DNA of 64,000 bases from Leidyana gryllorum EB-2025a (lineage: Eukaryota; Protista; Apicomplexa). The position numbers and the translations under genes are program-made. Location of the stretch: positions 111,884 through 175,883 of the forward strand of contig JBLWGC010000204.1 of assembly GCA_048772705.1 (NCBI GenBank), read 5' to 3'. Positions 23,697 through 34,918 of the stretch are shown here, one piece after another. Under the pieces are notes generated by a model, which did not search any database, was not told where the DNA came from, and saw only the letters and a program-made list of their open reading frames with translations. Position 1 is the stretch's first letter. Each line of letters starts with the position of its first letter.

Positions 23697-26117
23697 ATGT
23701 ACAAACTATTCTTGTGTTGCTATGTGCTGTTGGACTTATTACATGCCGAACCGCGAGTACTCGAGCGCCCACTCCAACACGATGCTCAGGGGGTGTTGCA
23801 GGGGCTTTATGATTACATAATCGTTGGTGGAGGAGGGTCAGGGTGCGTTGTGGCTCGCACGCTGGCTGATGAAGGTTTCTCTGTCCTGCTGCTGGAACGG
23901 GGCGACTTCCCGGGCCCGGCGAGCAGTCACCCGTCTCTCATCCGCGAAGCAATGTTGGATCCTCACCATATGCAGCCAGTGATTACGTCAGGAGGAGTTC
24001 GATCGGGAGTTGGGTCGGCTCTCGGGGGGGGAACGGCAGTCAATCTGGGTATCTGGATCGAAGAAGACGAGTCCTACTTTGCTTCTGTTGGACAGCTGAC
24101 TGGCTATGATGAGTTATTCGCGAATCAAACCGAGGTGGAGGAAGCAAAGGCCTGGGCACGGGATCGATTCGCGCATCCACCCTCGAATCCACAAACTATA
24201 AACCCCTCAATAGCCACTTACATGGAATATGCCAAGGGCATTTTGGGCGAGACCTTTGGACCGCACATTGGTCCGAGCCCGCGAGTACTGCCAAACCGGA
24301 CATGGAGCTCAATGCAATTGTTTGAAAGCGAAACCCGAGAGCGACGGTCGACGGCGTCTCTGATTAACGATGAAACTGCGCCCCCCAATCTACATGTCAT
24401 GTTGAACAGTAAAGCTCTGAGTATCCAGACGTGTCGGAATTGCCCGAAACCGCGCGCTGAATGTGTTGTGTTCCGAAGGTCGTTGTTGAAAGACTTCCGA
24501 CCCATTGGCGAGCTAAAATTGCCGCAAGGGAGCGCAGCTGCTTTTGAGACGCGGGCAATTCGAGATTTGTTAGAGAGATCGCATCGAAGCGATATACTCA
24601 ATAAGGTAGTCGACGAAGACGAGACATATGAGTATCCTTTCCGAGTATGTCTGGATATAGAAAGCAATCCCGACGCCGAAATCATTCTGTCCGCGGGGGC
24701 TATCCATACACCCCTCCTGTTGATGCACAGTGGCATTGGCCCCCGCCAAGAGATCCAAAAGTTCGGAACAATGCCCGTGGTGGTGGATAACCAGGCTATC
24801 GGCAAAGGACTGCAAGACCGAATCTTCATACCTTTAGTCTTCTACTTGAGAAATGAATTGGAGCCAGAGGATACCTACATGTGTCTAATTACCGGGATGA
24901 AACAGGGACCCGCTGGCTCAGTGCCCTTTGAGGAACTCATAGGGGGATCCCTGCTGCAAGGAACGCTGGTCGCCAGTCGGCTATTCTGGCCTCCTGACAG
25001 AAGGCACGGACTGTCTGCCGAAATTGCCTCCAGCTTTCTCCACCACTGCGCGCTCAATCAATACGATGAAGACGACGACAACCACAGTAGACCCAATAAA
25101 AGCAATGCGTCTTCATTCAACCGAGCGTGGTGGGCATTGCGACCCGGGGAAAATGCCACGAACCCAAGACGTGTTTGTGACCTCATTTCCACCGCTAAGC
25201 CGTGCTTCGAACACAGTGTGGCCTGGTGGTCTTTTGTGTCTGAGGTTCGTGCCGCGGGATCAATCACCATTGATCCTGACACACTCGAGCCGATCATTAA
25301 CCCGCGATATCTCGAAGATCCGGCAGATTTCGAGATGCTGACCAACAATGTAGCTGAAATGCTCACCATTATGAGAAGAAACCACCACTTCTTGGACAAA
25401 GTTCTGAAAACATCCCAAAGCGACACCTGCCCCATGAGGGTTTACGACACCGACATGGGCTTCCTCATTAGTTTAGTAGATCTGCTACAGCGACACGACT
25501 ATCAAGACCTTATGGCCAGAGGTGTTGCTCCTCTGGCGGCGGACGCCGTCTTGATCAAATCCGATATGCACCCCGTCGACCGCAATCCCTCCTACCTGCC
25601 CTACGCGTCTTTCCCCCAATTCCTTCCAGGTAATCAACACGAACCGGCCGCCGGCCCAAAGGAGTCACAACGGAAAGCTACTCGGCAGCTGCCCGGCGAC
25701 TCTGCCCCACAATGCGGCCAGCACGTCTGCGTACCTGTCGTCGTGTGTCTCCTTGTCTTCCACTTGCCGTGCAACTCTACCCTGCTGCTGCCCCCATTAA
25801 TACCATCGTTTGCAGATCCAACCAATACCGAGGCCCTTCGAGATTTTGTACGCAAGTCTGGAACTTCGATGTGGCATCTGGTGGGCAGTGCGCAACTTGG
25901 GAGTGCCCTCGATGCGGACTTTAAAGTCCGTGGGATTGATAATCTGGCGGTTATTGACGCCTCGGCACTCCCGGTTCTGACGCGAATGAACCCTACCGCC
26001 ACCTTGTTAGCGGTGTCGCGGCTTGTTGCTTTGCGAAAAGCTGTCAAACACAAGTCCAACAAACTCTACAAACATTCAATCCAGCATCATGGTTGCAGGG
26101 GATTCTACGATGGGTAA
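23697..26117 (+). CDS. Secreted GMC oxidoreductase, copy 3; probable in-frame intron 25630-25815
   Basis: DYIIVGGGGSGC, LSAGAIHTP, SMWHLVG and VIDASALP...NP. The insert has GT..AG ends at the same position as an intron in copy 1. Confidence 0.92.
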   Translation: MYKLFLCCYVLLDLLHAEPRVLERPLQHDAQGVLQGLYDYIIVGGGGSGCVVARTLADEGFSVLLLERGDFPGPASSHPSLIREAMLDPHHMQPVITSGGVRSGVGSALGGGTAVNLGIWIEEDESYFASVGQLTGYDELFANQTEVEEAKAWARDRFAHPPSNPQTINPSIATYMEYAKGILGETFGPHIGPSPRVLPNRTWSSMQLFESETRERRSTASLINDETAPPNLHVMLNSKALSIQTCRNCPKPRAECVVFRRSLLKDFRPIGELKLPQGSAAAFETRAIRDLLERSHRSDILNKVVDEDETYEYPFRVCLDIESNPDAEIILSAGAIHTPLLLMHSGIGPRQEIQKFGTMPVVVDNQAIGKGLQDRIFIPLVFYLRNELEPEDTYMCLITGMKQGPAGSVPFEELIGGSLLQGTLVASRLFWPPDRRHGLSAEIASSFLHHCALNQYDEDDDNHSRPNKSNASSFNRAWWALRPGENATNPRRVCDLISTAKPCFEHSVAWWSFVSEVRAAGSITIDPDTLEPIINPRYLEDPADFEMLTNNVAEMLTIMRRNHHFLDKVLKTSQSDTCPMRVYDTDMGFLISLVDLLQRHDYQDLMARGVAPLAADAVLIKSDMHPVDRNPSYLPYASFPQFLPGNQHEPAAGPKESQRKATRQLPGDSAPQCGQHVCVPVVVCLLVFHLPCNSTLLLPPLIPSFADPTNTEALRDFVRKSGTSMWHLVGSAQLGSALDADFKVRGIDNLAVIDASALPVLTRMNPTATLLAVSRLVALRKAVKHKSNKLYKHSIQHHGCRGFYDG

Positions 26118-26943
26118 CAAGCAGAAGAAGCAGTCCCGGCTGGCTGCATTCCTCCGCAATTTCAGTTGCGGAGCCTCAGAGCTTTCTGACGGACCTCTCA
26201 ACAGTACTCAGACTCTGTTGGTTCTGCAGGAGGCCAAGGATCAGTATGAAAAGTACACTGATAAGTGCATCAAGCTGGAGGAGCAAATCGAGGAGGCCGA
26301 CATCAGCATCAACGTATTCATGCAGCATGGTCAGAGGTCGCAAGCACTGGCCGCTATGCGAAAGCGTAACATGCTGATTCGCCAACTTGAGCACTTGCGT
26401 TCCATGAGTGACAAGTACGACTCCGCAATGCGAGAGCTCGATTTGGCCAGGGACCTCAGTGAGTCAGTCGGGTCGCTGGAGTCTATCATCAAACTGCGCC
26501 ACCACTACCTTCAAGCTACGTAAGTCCGGATAGTTCAATCTTTTTCGCCATCAATGTCGGTTGCAACTTCAGGCCAATTGCTAGCCTTACCCAGATCGCT
26601 ATACAATCCCAAGATGATGCGCAACGGGAAAGTGAACTATATTCACTCATCAGCGACAAGACCTCTCGCGCTGCGTGCGAGCGTGAGTACGAATGTCGTG
26701 AGAAAGAAGGTAAGAGGGACTTTGAAGTTCTGCCTATCGAACAGTTCCACACAGAATTCGAGAGACACATCGCTCAGATGGCACAGGTACCACAAAACAA
26801 ACCTTTCTTCGCAACGCCAAGCGTAAGTGCACACATGTGTGTGTGTCTACATGTTATTTTGATCACAGTTGGAAAGTCGGATTCCGGCAGAGGCGACCTT
26901 CTCATCTTTGAGATCACGGAGCCGTGTTCCGGAACTCGCCTAA
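26110..26943 (+). CDS. SNF7/ESCRT-III family protein (Vps20/CHMP6-like); multi-exon
   Basis: MGN myristoylation-type start, coiled coil, G.RSQALAAMRKR motif, and ELRDTSLRW/...QMAQVP tail region. The 3' exon is inferred. Confidence 0.65.
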
Positions 26944-27088
26944 ACAGCTTCGCCCATATCGTATTATTTTTATTCCCGATCGAAGTTTTGCTGATTGCGT
27001 GGCTAGCTAGCTAGCTCTTCAGCTTATGCTTGCTTGGAACAACCACCAGATAGATCGACCGAACCGTAGAAAACCAAAAAAGGATTGC

Positions 27089-29130
27089 TCAGCCTTTAGT
27101 CGCCGTACGCTCAGCCACAGGTTGGGCTTCTTCGTCATCCTCCATATCAAGATCGATCTCACCCCATGCTCTGATCTCGGCGGCTGTGTATGACGTGATT
27201 CGAATGTTGTCGATCAAGTCTAACTCACCTCGATGCTCAGTGATCCCGGTGGTCGAGGGAGAGTCAAAAGTTACCTCAAAAGCTTTACCATGTATGTCGG
27301 CCCGAATCCTGTCAATGTCCAAGGTAGAATCGCCGATCTCATGATCCGGTAATTGTAGGTTGTAAGAGTAGCTGGGACGGAGAATGAGAATTCATGGGGG
27401 AGGTCTTTCAAACATTCTTACAATTTGGAAGATCGTGTTGGGCGCCAAATGATCGCCGTGACGACCAAAATGAATGCGAAGAGCCCCGTGGGGATCGCGT
27501 CCGTGAAGATCCACTCGTAAGGCCATACTTTGCGGATATCCTGCGGAGCAAAGAATGTAATATTGGATTGGGGAGAAAAACGGCGGAGCTCAGAACGGAA
27601 GTGATCTTACCATTGAAAGGACATAGGTCTCGACAAAGGTGGACATAGCGAAGCATAGAGCAGCAAAGATGAGCACTCCTCGGAATCGATTCATTTGGCG
27701 TAATTTGGCCGTTTGTCGCCTGACTTTTAATTCCTGAGGGAGAGACGAGATGATGAGATCGAATTACGGTGATATCTTTCCTACTTCGATCAGTGAATTC
27801 AACGAGTGGAAAGCCCACACCAGGCCTCCGGCGTGTAGCACAGTGATGGGCAACGCGCAAAGCATTAGGATAAGAATGGAAAGGTCAAGTGATACGTGGA
27901 AATGTGTGGCCAATTGACGAGTATAATCCAAAACACACAAGGCGATGCCACCCATCCAGAGTTTAGCCACCGTGGTAGACTCTAGATTGGGCCGTGTGAT
28001 ACAGTATCCCAGAGAGGTGAGTAGGATCAGAAGGCAAGTCGCGACATTCTTGAATACCGAGAAGGTGATCGAGACTATCAGCAGCACATCCGAAGGTGGC
28101 GTGACCACATTGGACCAGCTAAGATGCACAAGCCAACTCAGCTGCTCCATAAGGCCCAACAGGATAACAGCTCCAATGAGATGATGGAGAACAATCAGCT
28201 GGCGCTTGTACCTCAGACACCAGATCATCCAGCATACGGCCAAACCACCATAAACCATCGAAGTGATTGCGTACAATTGAAGCTTAGGTACATCCATGCC
28301 ACTCAGGAACCCATGAGCCCCACGCGCGACCACAGCGCCTGTCATCCGACCCTTCGGAATATCCCCGCCGCAGTTCACGAACATGAGGAAATATATACCC
28401 GTCTTGTAAATATGAAAATCGGCTTCGGAAACGTGCGAAGTTTGCTTCTCGGACCGGATGGGTACCCGGCTCACGAAAGTTTCATTTCTGCAACCATCAG
28501 ATGTGAAGCGACAAGCATTGTGGCGTCGGCACTCGAATGGTGTGAATGAATAGAGAAAACAACGATTGGAACGGCAGCTTGTAGCTCATGAACGCATGAG
28601 CGAGACACCGAACACGCGCGCAACACACATGTGACACCGACACAAAGGACAAACGCCGCCGACAGCACGTCACTGAACACAATCCAAGATTACCTCAGAG
28701 ATGGAGGGAGCAGGATGGTATGCTCACTGGCACAGTCTCCCCGGGCCACATCGGCTTTTGTGCAGCAAAAGTGGTTCTCTTGCTGATACGGAACGAACTT
28801 GCTCCAGAAAGCGTCATATTCCATTACGGCCATATCCAAGAAGATATCATCGTGGACGTCCATGCTCCGCGGCAGCGTATAGCTCAGCTCGTGCGTGAAC
28901 ATCTTGGACGGAAGGGCATACTTCTTATCCCAGATACCCCATCCAAAGCCCGGAAGCTTGGGAGATTCTGTACCTACCCTGCCGGTCTCCTCGTTTCCAT
29001 TACGGGAATATACGAAGAATCGAGCCACGGTAGCCAAAGCATGGCTTCCTGGAGGTTGTATACTCTTCAGTGGGAGAAACTGTCCTGTGACAGCTGCACT
29101 CAAAAGTACGGCAGCTGCAGTCAGCCTCAT
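27089..29130 (-). CDS. GPR107/TMEM87 (lung seven-TM, GOST) family protein; introns include 28488-28693
   Basis: Signal peptide, FCCT...GDC, TGIYFLMFVNC, HGFLSG...P.L..Y, LSLGYCITRP.L, and LW.PS in the last TM region. Confidence 0.85.
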
Positions 29131-29154
29131 ATCGGTGTGGCTTAATAAAAAAGT

Positions 29155-30480
29155 TTATTCACGCTGCTCATTTCTTTCCAGCTGCTGAACTATCACTTCT
29201 GGCGGAGTCCACCGTACCACCAAGCACTCAGTGTTCGCGCAGTCCAACACCCTCTGTCCCTGGGACTCTCTGTCCCTCAGCATCTCCTCGAATATACAGT
29301 AGTCACTCAGGTCGGAGGACGAACTGGTCGTTGTCGACGTGGACTTGTCTGCCTCCGCGGTACTGGCAGCTGTCTCACAGCACCCCAGCAGAGTTGCAGT
29401 GCTCCCTCGCAACTTGACGCCGCCCTGTCGCTTCTCTAAATCGCCCACCAATTCGGATCGGCGAGCCCATCGCACATTAGGAGAATTCTTTAGCCAGAAT
29501 GACTGCCAATTCTTGAAGATCATATTGTGACCGATGAGGAGGATCACATCCTCTTCCCTACTAGCGAGCCACGCTTCCAGCAGTTGCACACGTCTGTTGA
29601 AGTAATGTTAGCGACAACAGGTCACCTGCGTACCTGTGGACGCTTCGAGGGGTTTCAACCTTGACTTTGCGGCAGGGCTTGGTAATACCGACGGTGAGAT
29701 AATGATTTATACGGGTTCTGATTCGCGGGGAAATGGCATCAAATTCCAGAGGTCCAACGTCGGATCGACGAATCACATCCAAATTGACCTGGCGATCTGA
29801 CCAGAACTCAACAGCCTTTTCGGGTTTGACACACGGCTTGTCAGCAGACGTTGTGCGGCATTCTCGCAGAAAAGGAAGCACCACCAGATGCCGTTGTGGG
29901 GACACAAAAGGGGTTCGTGTGTGGTTCAACTCCCACCAGCGCCGGCTAGAGTTCTCAGCGTCGGCAGTGTCGGATATCTGTGCGATATCAAGAGTATTGG
30001 ATCTGATAGTTTCTGAGAACCTACGAGTCGTGCTGTATGTAGTGTGCGACGCAATGGCGATACCGCCACTAGCTGCACTGGCGGCAGCCTCCCCAGTTGA
30101 ATATCGTGAGCCAGCTGCGATAATGTCCTCAGTTGGATACGTGTCAAGGAGCTCACCCTTTTGCCCGCCCTCTCGGCCTGCTTGTGGCCCGTATTGGTCA
30201 AGGGGGCGTCTTTCACTCCGGGATCGATCACATACCCTATTCCATTGCGGATAATATTCCAGGGTTGAGCCATGTGTTCCTTGCGGGTGGCGTTGAGGCG
30301 GGACTCGGCATGTCGTATCAATATAAGCAGTTTCGAGCGCCGAAAGTCAGTGGGAACTTTCGCTGCCGGGGCCAGGGGTGATGGAAGTAGCGCCCGACTA
30401 CCTGCAATCATACCCAATTTTTCTCTATCTTTGTATAACTGGCTGTCATGATTCGTTAAGGAGGAAGTAAGGAGCTCCAT
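29155..30480 (-). CDS. Histidine phosphatase (phosphoglycerate mutase-like); multi-exon
   Basis: LIRHAES, DAPLT..G..QA, VSPLRRTLHTA, PFLRE and LIGH motifs. Confidence 0.88.
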
Positions 30481-31062
30481 GCCCCCAGCCCGCGATGTCA
30501 AGCGATACCTCTCTCGGTGAATGTGTCTTTGTACAGTGGGCACTGGGTCCACAAGCGATCATCCAAAACAATCTCATAAGAGACGGGGGGGCAAAAACCT
30601 CTTTCTGCTGTGCACTAGGGGGGCGATGCCCTGCCCACTATCTCTTTTGGAGTTTACTCAAATCACACTGCAGTCTCTAACACTGAGTGTTGTTGTCTTC
30701 ACGATCTCGACATTGATGCAGAGGACTCAATTAGGAGTACGAGATGATCAGTGGCGGGATCGTCATTGTGGCTAGCGAGCAACTCGTCTTTTACATACTC
30801 GTCGGGCGGGGGAGTAGTTTTGCTGCGTCCACCCCCTATGGTGATTCCGGAGGAACTCCGTTGGTTGGTCACCAACGCCCTGACGAGCTCTCGGCTCCCC
30901 TCCTTAGCGCAGTCGACCTCGCAAGAGAAAGGCGATCAAACTCTCTCTCTTTGGGGAGGGGAGGTGGCCGGTCACCGATGACGTGACGGTCGAAGGGCTT
31001 TGGTTGCTTGTGTGCGCTCCTTACTGAGTGTCGTGTGGAGATTTCGTCTTTCCCTTTCACTT

Positions 31063-33748
31063 TCACCCGATACTGGCCATGTCTCGTGGGGTGGGGGCAG
31101 TGGTGGTGGTGCCTCCCGGGCCCGTTGCTGGTTGAGGTTTCTGCTTTGAGGCGGGATGGTTAGCCAATTCCTGGGGAACGATATTATTGGTGGAGACCAA
31201 TAAATTCTTGAGGTCGTAGAACAGTCCATTGTCATCTTCCGTGACGAAACTGATCGCGAGACCTTTCTTTCCGGCGCGCCCAGTACGGCCTGATGGGAAA
31301 TTGTGGTTTGGTGAGGACGAGAATAAATAGTCAACTTACCAATCCTATGTGTGTAGCCCTCAATCTCCTTTGGCATATCGTAGTTCAAGACGAGCTGCAC
31401 GTCTTCCACATCGATACCACGGCCAGCGACGTCAGTGGCGACCAGAATGTCCATCTCGCCTTTCTTAAACTGGTCCAAGGAGGCCTCACGTATGTCCTGG
31501 GCTTTACCGCCGTGAAGTGCGACTGCTCGGAACCCTTCTCTTGAGAGAGTCCGTGCAATAACGTCCGCATTCTTCTTTTGATTAACGAATATGATGACCG
31601 GTGGAGGCGCTTCGGAGAGCACCTCGACGAGACGTTGTTTCTTGCGCGCCTCGGAGACAAACTCAAGTCGTTGCTCAATGGACTGCTTGCCCTGGCCAGG
31701 ATTGCCGATCGAGATGACTGACGGTTGTCGAAGATAGCGACGAGCGAGTCTCTCGACAGATGCGGGCATTGTAGCGGAAAACATTTGGGTTATACGATAG
31801 CGTCGGTATCCAGCCTTGGCCGCCAGTTCTTCTTCCAACACTCTATCGGCTTCATCACTCTTCATATTGCTGCTCGGGATTTGGTCCAATATCCAGTTGA
31901 CAATCTCCTCAAACCCAAGGTCAATCATTCGATCAGCCTCATCGAGAACGACATAGTTGCACTGGATGAGCACAGTGTATGCCTTTTCGAGGCAGTCTCT
32001 GATACGTCCAGGCGTGCCAATGACAATCTCCACTCCGCGACGGAGCTCAAAAGCCTGGACCTCTGCGCTGCGACCTCCAACGATGGCGACGGACCTAATC
32101 TCCAGTCGGCCACTAAACTTCTCAGTCTCATCCCGAATCTGTACCGCCAGTTCACGACTCGGAGCCAGAACGAGACCATATGGTCCCGACTGGGCTGTCT
32201 CGTCATTCAACCGTGGGAGACGGGCAACGTACGATAACATTGGTAGCATGAAAGCCGCGGTTTTACCGGAACCAGTCTCGGCAATGCCAATGAGATCACG
32301 CATTTCCATTGCGATGGGCATCGCCTGCATCTGAATAGGCGTCGGTGTCTCATAGCCCGCTTCCTTGATGGCGTTCAGAATCTCGGGGTGAAGACCCGAC
32401 TCGGACCATTGACGCACGGGATTAGGGACCCGTCCTCCTTTGACAAAGATAGAAAAGTCTTCTCTGAAGATACGCCAGTCGCGGTCGGTCATCTCTGCAG
32501 TGGTCTTCTTCGACCAGTGTCCGTCACCGAATTCATCATCGGAAAGATCCGCTTGAGCTGCTGCCATTTCATTGATAATCCTTTGATCACCAGTCAGATT
32601 GAGCACCGATAACGCTTCAACCAAATTCTCTCCCTCCAAACCCTCGGGATTGGCTGCCAGTTCCTCAAGTTTTTCACGTCTCTTCCGAGCTAATTGGTCG
32701 TAGAACATATTACGTCGTCGTTGATCGCGCACGTCTACTCCCGCGATGAAGCCTCTGCCAAACAGGAGCTGAGGCTCGTGACGCCGATGATACAGTGGGT
32801 TCAGATCTCCCTTTGTGGTGTCCTCACTATCATCCCAATCGAATTGGAATATATTACGGAACTTCTCAGACGGCTTCTGGACCTTTTTCTTCTCTTTTCG
32901 AGTCCCCAAGTATTGCTCACGGATTTGTTCCTTCTCCTTCTCTTCCTGTAACTTCAACCTCTCGACTTCAGTGAGCCCAGCGTATTCATCATCTTCACTA
33001 TTTCTTCGTTTGCGTCTTCCGTTGCCATTCTCTTTACTGTGCCTCCCCTCAGCCTCTTCTGTCTCGCGCCTCTTGCGTTCCTCCTCTTTCCGACGACGCT
33101 CCGTCTCGGCCTCTTGTTGCCGTCTCGCCCGTTCCTCGGCCGTTGCTCGGGCCTCCCGAGTGAAAAACTCGGTCCGCTTCTGAGCGAGTTGCTCCTCCTG
33201 CTGCTTCTGCGTCAATGCCGCTTGTGCGGCCTCCTGCGCCTTCAGTGCCTCTCTCTGGGCTTTGGTCAAAAACCGAACTCCGCCACCAACGACGACTGGA
33301 GGCGGTACTGCGGCTGCTGGGGGAGTGATGCCGCTGGCAGTCTGCTGAAAGGAGAAATACGCCATATGTCTCACAGCCGCCTCTCATTGCTCACCTTGAG
33401 CACTGTTGGTCTTGTGTCAACCTGACGTGGCGGTGACGTCTCGGAATTGGGCGGGGTGGGCTCTGAGACGGGCGGAAGGGCACCGTCCATGGGCGAGGGG
33501 GGCTCATAGCGCCGTTTACGAGATGGTTGCGCATAGTCGCGCCGACGTCTGTCGTCTGGTGACCCTCCTCGTCTGCGAGACGGACGGCGTGGCGAGGGTT
33601 GTCTTCTTCTGGGTGGTGGGGGCGACCTGCGGCGTCTTTTCACTTCGTGGTGGTATTCTGACTCGTTGTCAGAAGCGTCTCGGTAGCGGCGACGAGGTCT
33701 ACGGTCCTCTTCTCCGCCGGAGGATGACAACTCTCCGTCCTCGGCCAT
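31063..33748 (-). CDS. DDX23: DEAD-box helicase PRP28/DDX23; introns near 33350-33397 and 31292-31339
   Basis: RS-rich N-terminus, [38 protein letters not shown] and HRIG|RTGRAG. Confidence 0.96.
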
Positions 33749-33862
33749 TTATTGCCACTTTTTTGTATTCGATTGTGTTAGTGTAGTTCATTGAGGCTTA
33801 AGGAACGGCAATGACAAATCAATAGTACATGCTGACTGGAAAGTGCAGACGTAAAAATCAAA

Positions 33863-34549
33863 TTAGAAGAGGGGAGCACGAAGCAGTCCAGCGCCGTACG
33901 GAGCAGCAGCAGCATAGGGGAGGGTGAAGGAAGGAGCAGGGACAGCACCCTTCTTGGTGGATTGGGTCGGGATACCCATGGCCATAGGGCGCACCACAGG
34001 CATGACCGGGACCACAGGGGCAACAGGGATCACGAAACCGCCCTTCTTGCCCAAAGCACGGAAGCCAACATGGCCCTTCTTGGTGGGCACAGGGGGGGTG
34101 ATCTTGACCGGGGGAGCAGGAGCAATGTGCTTCACGGGAGGAGGAGACACGATGACCTGTTTGATCACAGGAGCCAAGGGAGCGGGAGTTTTCTTGGTGG
34201 GCTGAGGGATGGGGAAGACCGGAACAGGCGGGGGGCCGAAAGCGCGAGGAGCGACGGGGAAGAAGGGGAACCAGCCGCCACGCTTCTTGCCCAGGAATCT
34301 CTGGAAAACATGAGGTCCACCCTTCTTGGTCGGGGGGGGAGCCACGTAGATCGGCTCATGAACAGTGCCGGCCTGAGTAGGCACGTTCTTTGTCAGCTGA
34401 AGAGGAGTAGTCAGACCCTTGACGGGGACTCTGAACATAGGAGCAAAGAAACCGCCATATTTCTTCTTGCCGAGCTCACGGGTTTCCGCAGCAACTTCCT
34501 CACCCTTGGCGAGGGTCAGAAGAGCAAAAGTCAAACCAATGAAACGCAT
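33863..34549 (-). CDS. Secreted Pro/Val/Lys-rich repeat protein with three RxLGKK motifs
   Basis: Signal peptide MRFIGLTFALLTLAKG; RELGKK, RFLGKK, RALGKK; repeated TKK; strong C-ending codon bias. Confidence 0.85.
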   Translation of the reverse strand: MRFIGLTFALLTLAKGEEVAAETRELGKKKYGGFFAPMFRVPVKGLTTPLQLTKNVPTQAGTVHEPIYVAPPPTKKGGPHVFQRFLGKKRGGWFPFFPVAPRAFGPPPVPVFPIPQPTKKTPAPLAPVIKQVIVSPPPVKHIAPAPPVKITPPVPTKKGHVGFRALGKKGGFVIPVAPVVPVMPVVRPMAMGIPTQSTKKGAVPAPSFTLPYAAAAPYGAGLLRAPLF

Positions 34550-34918
34550 CGTCTGCTTGAAATACGTTGGTCTCTGTAAGGTGCACTCGCACTCACAATT
34601 TACGCACACTCTCGGGTGCACCCTAAGAGTAAAAGTGAGTACTCTGCCGACGACGGAGAGTGTAAATAACGCGGCTGTCCCACAGCAGAGGTTCACAAAG
34701 TTGATATATTAACCAGTGGGGTCAACTGTGACTGAGTATAGTCCCATGGTTCGACAGTTACCGATTCTGTGCTGTGGGTCGGGAGAGTTAGCGTGCCAAA
34801 AGAACATAATTTGAAGGTCAAAATTTCCTGACAGGGAATGCGCGCAGTCTGCCGAGTACCCAAGACGCGCTCTCGAGATGGCGTCAGTCGATTACTGGCG
34901 ATCGCCATCAGTAGCAGC

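Noticed and set aside
30744-30986. Short ORFs between the phosphatase and PRP28
   Set aside because: No motif or splice support; probably UTR or promoter sequence.
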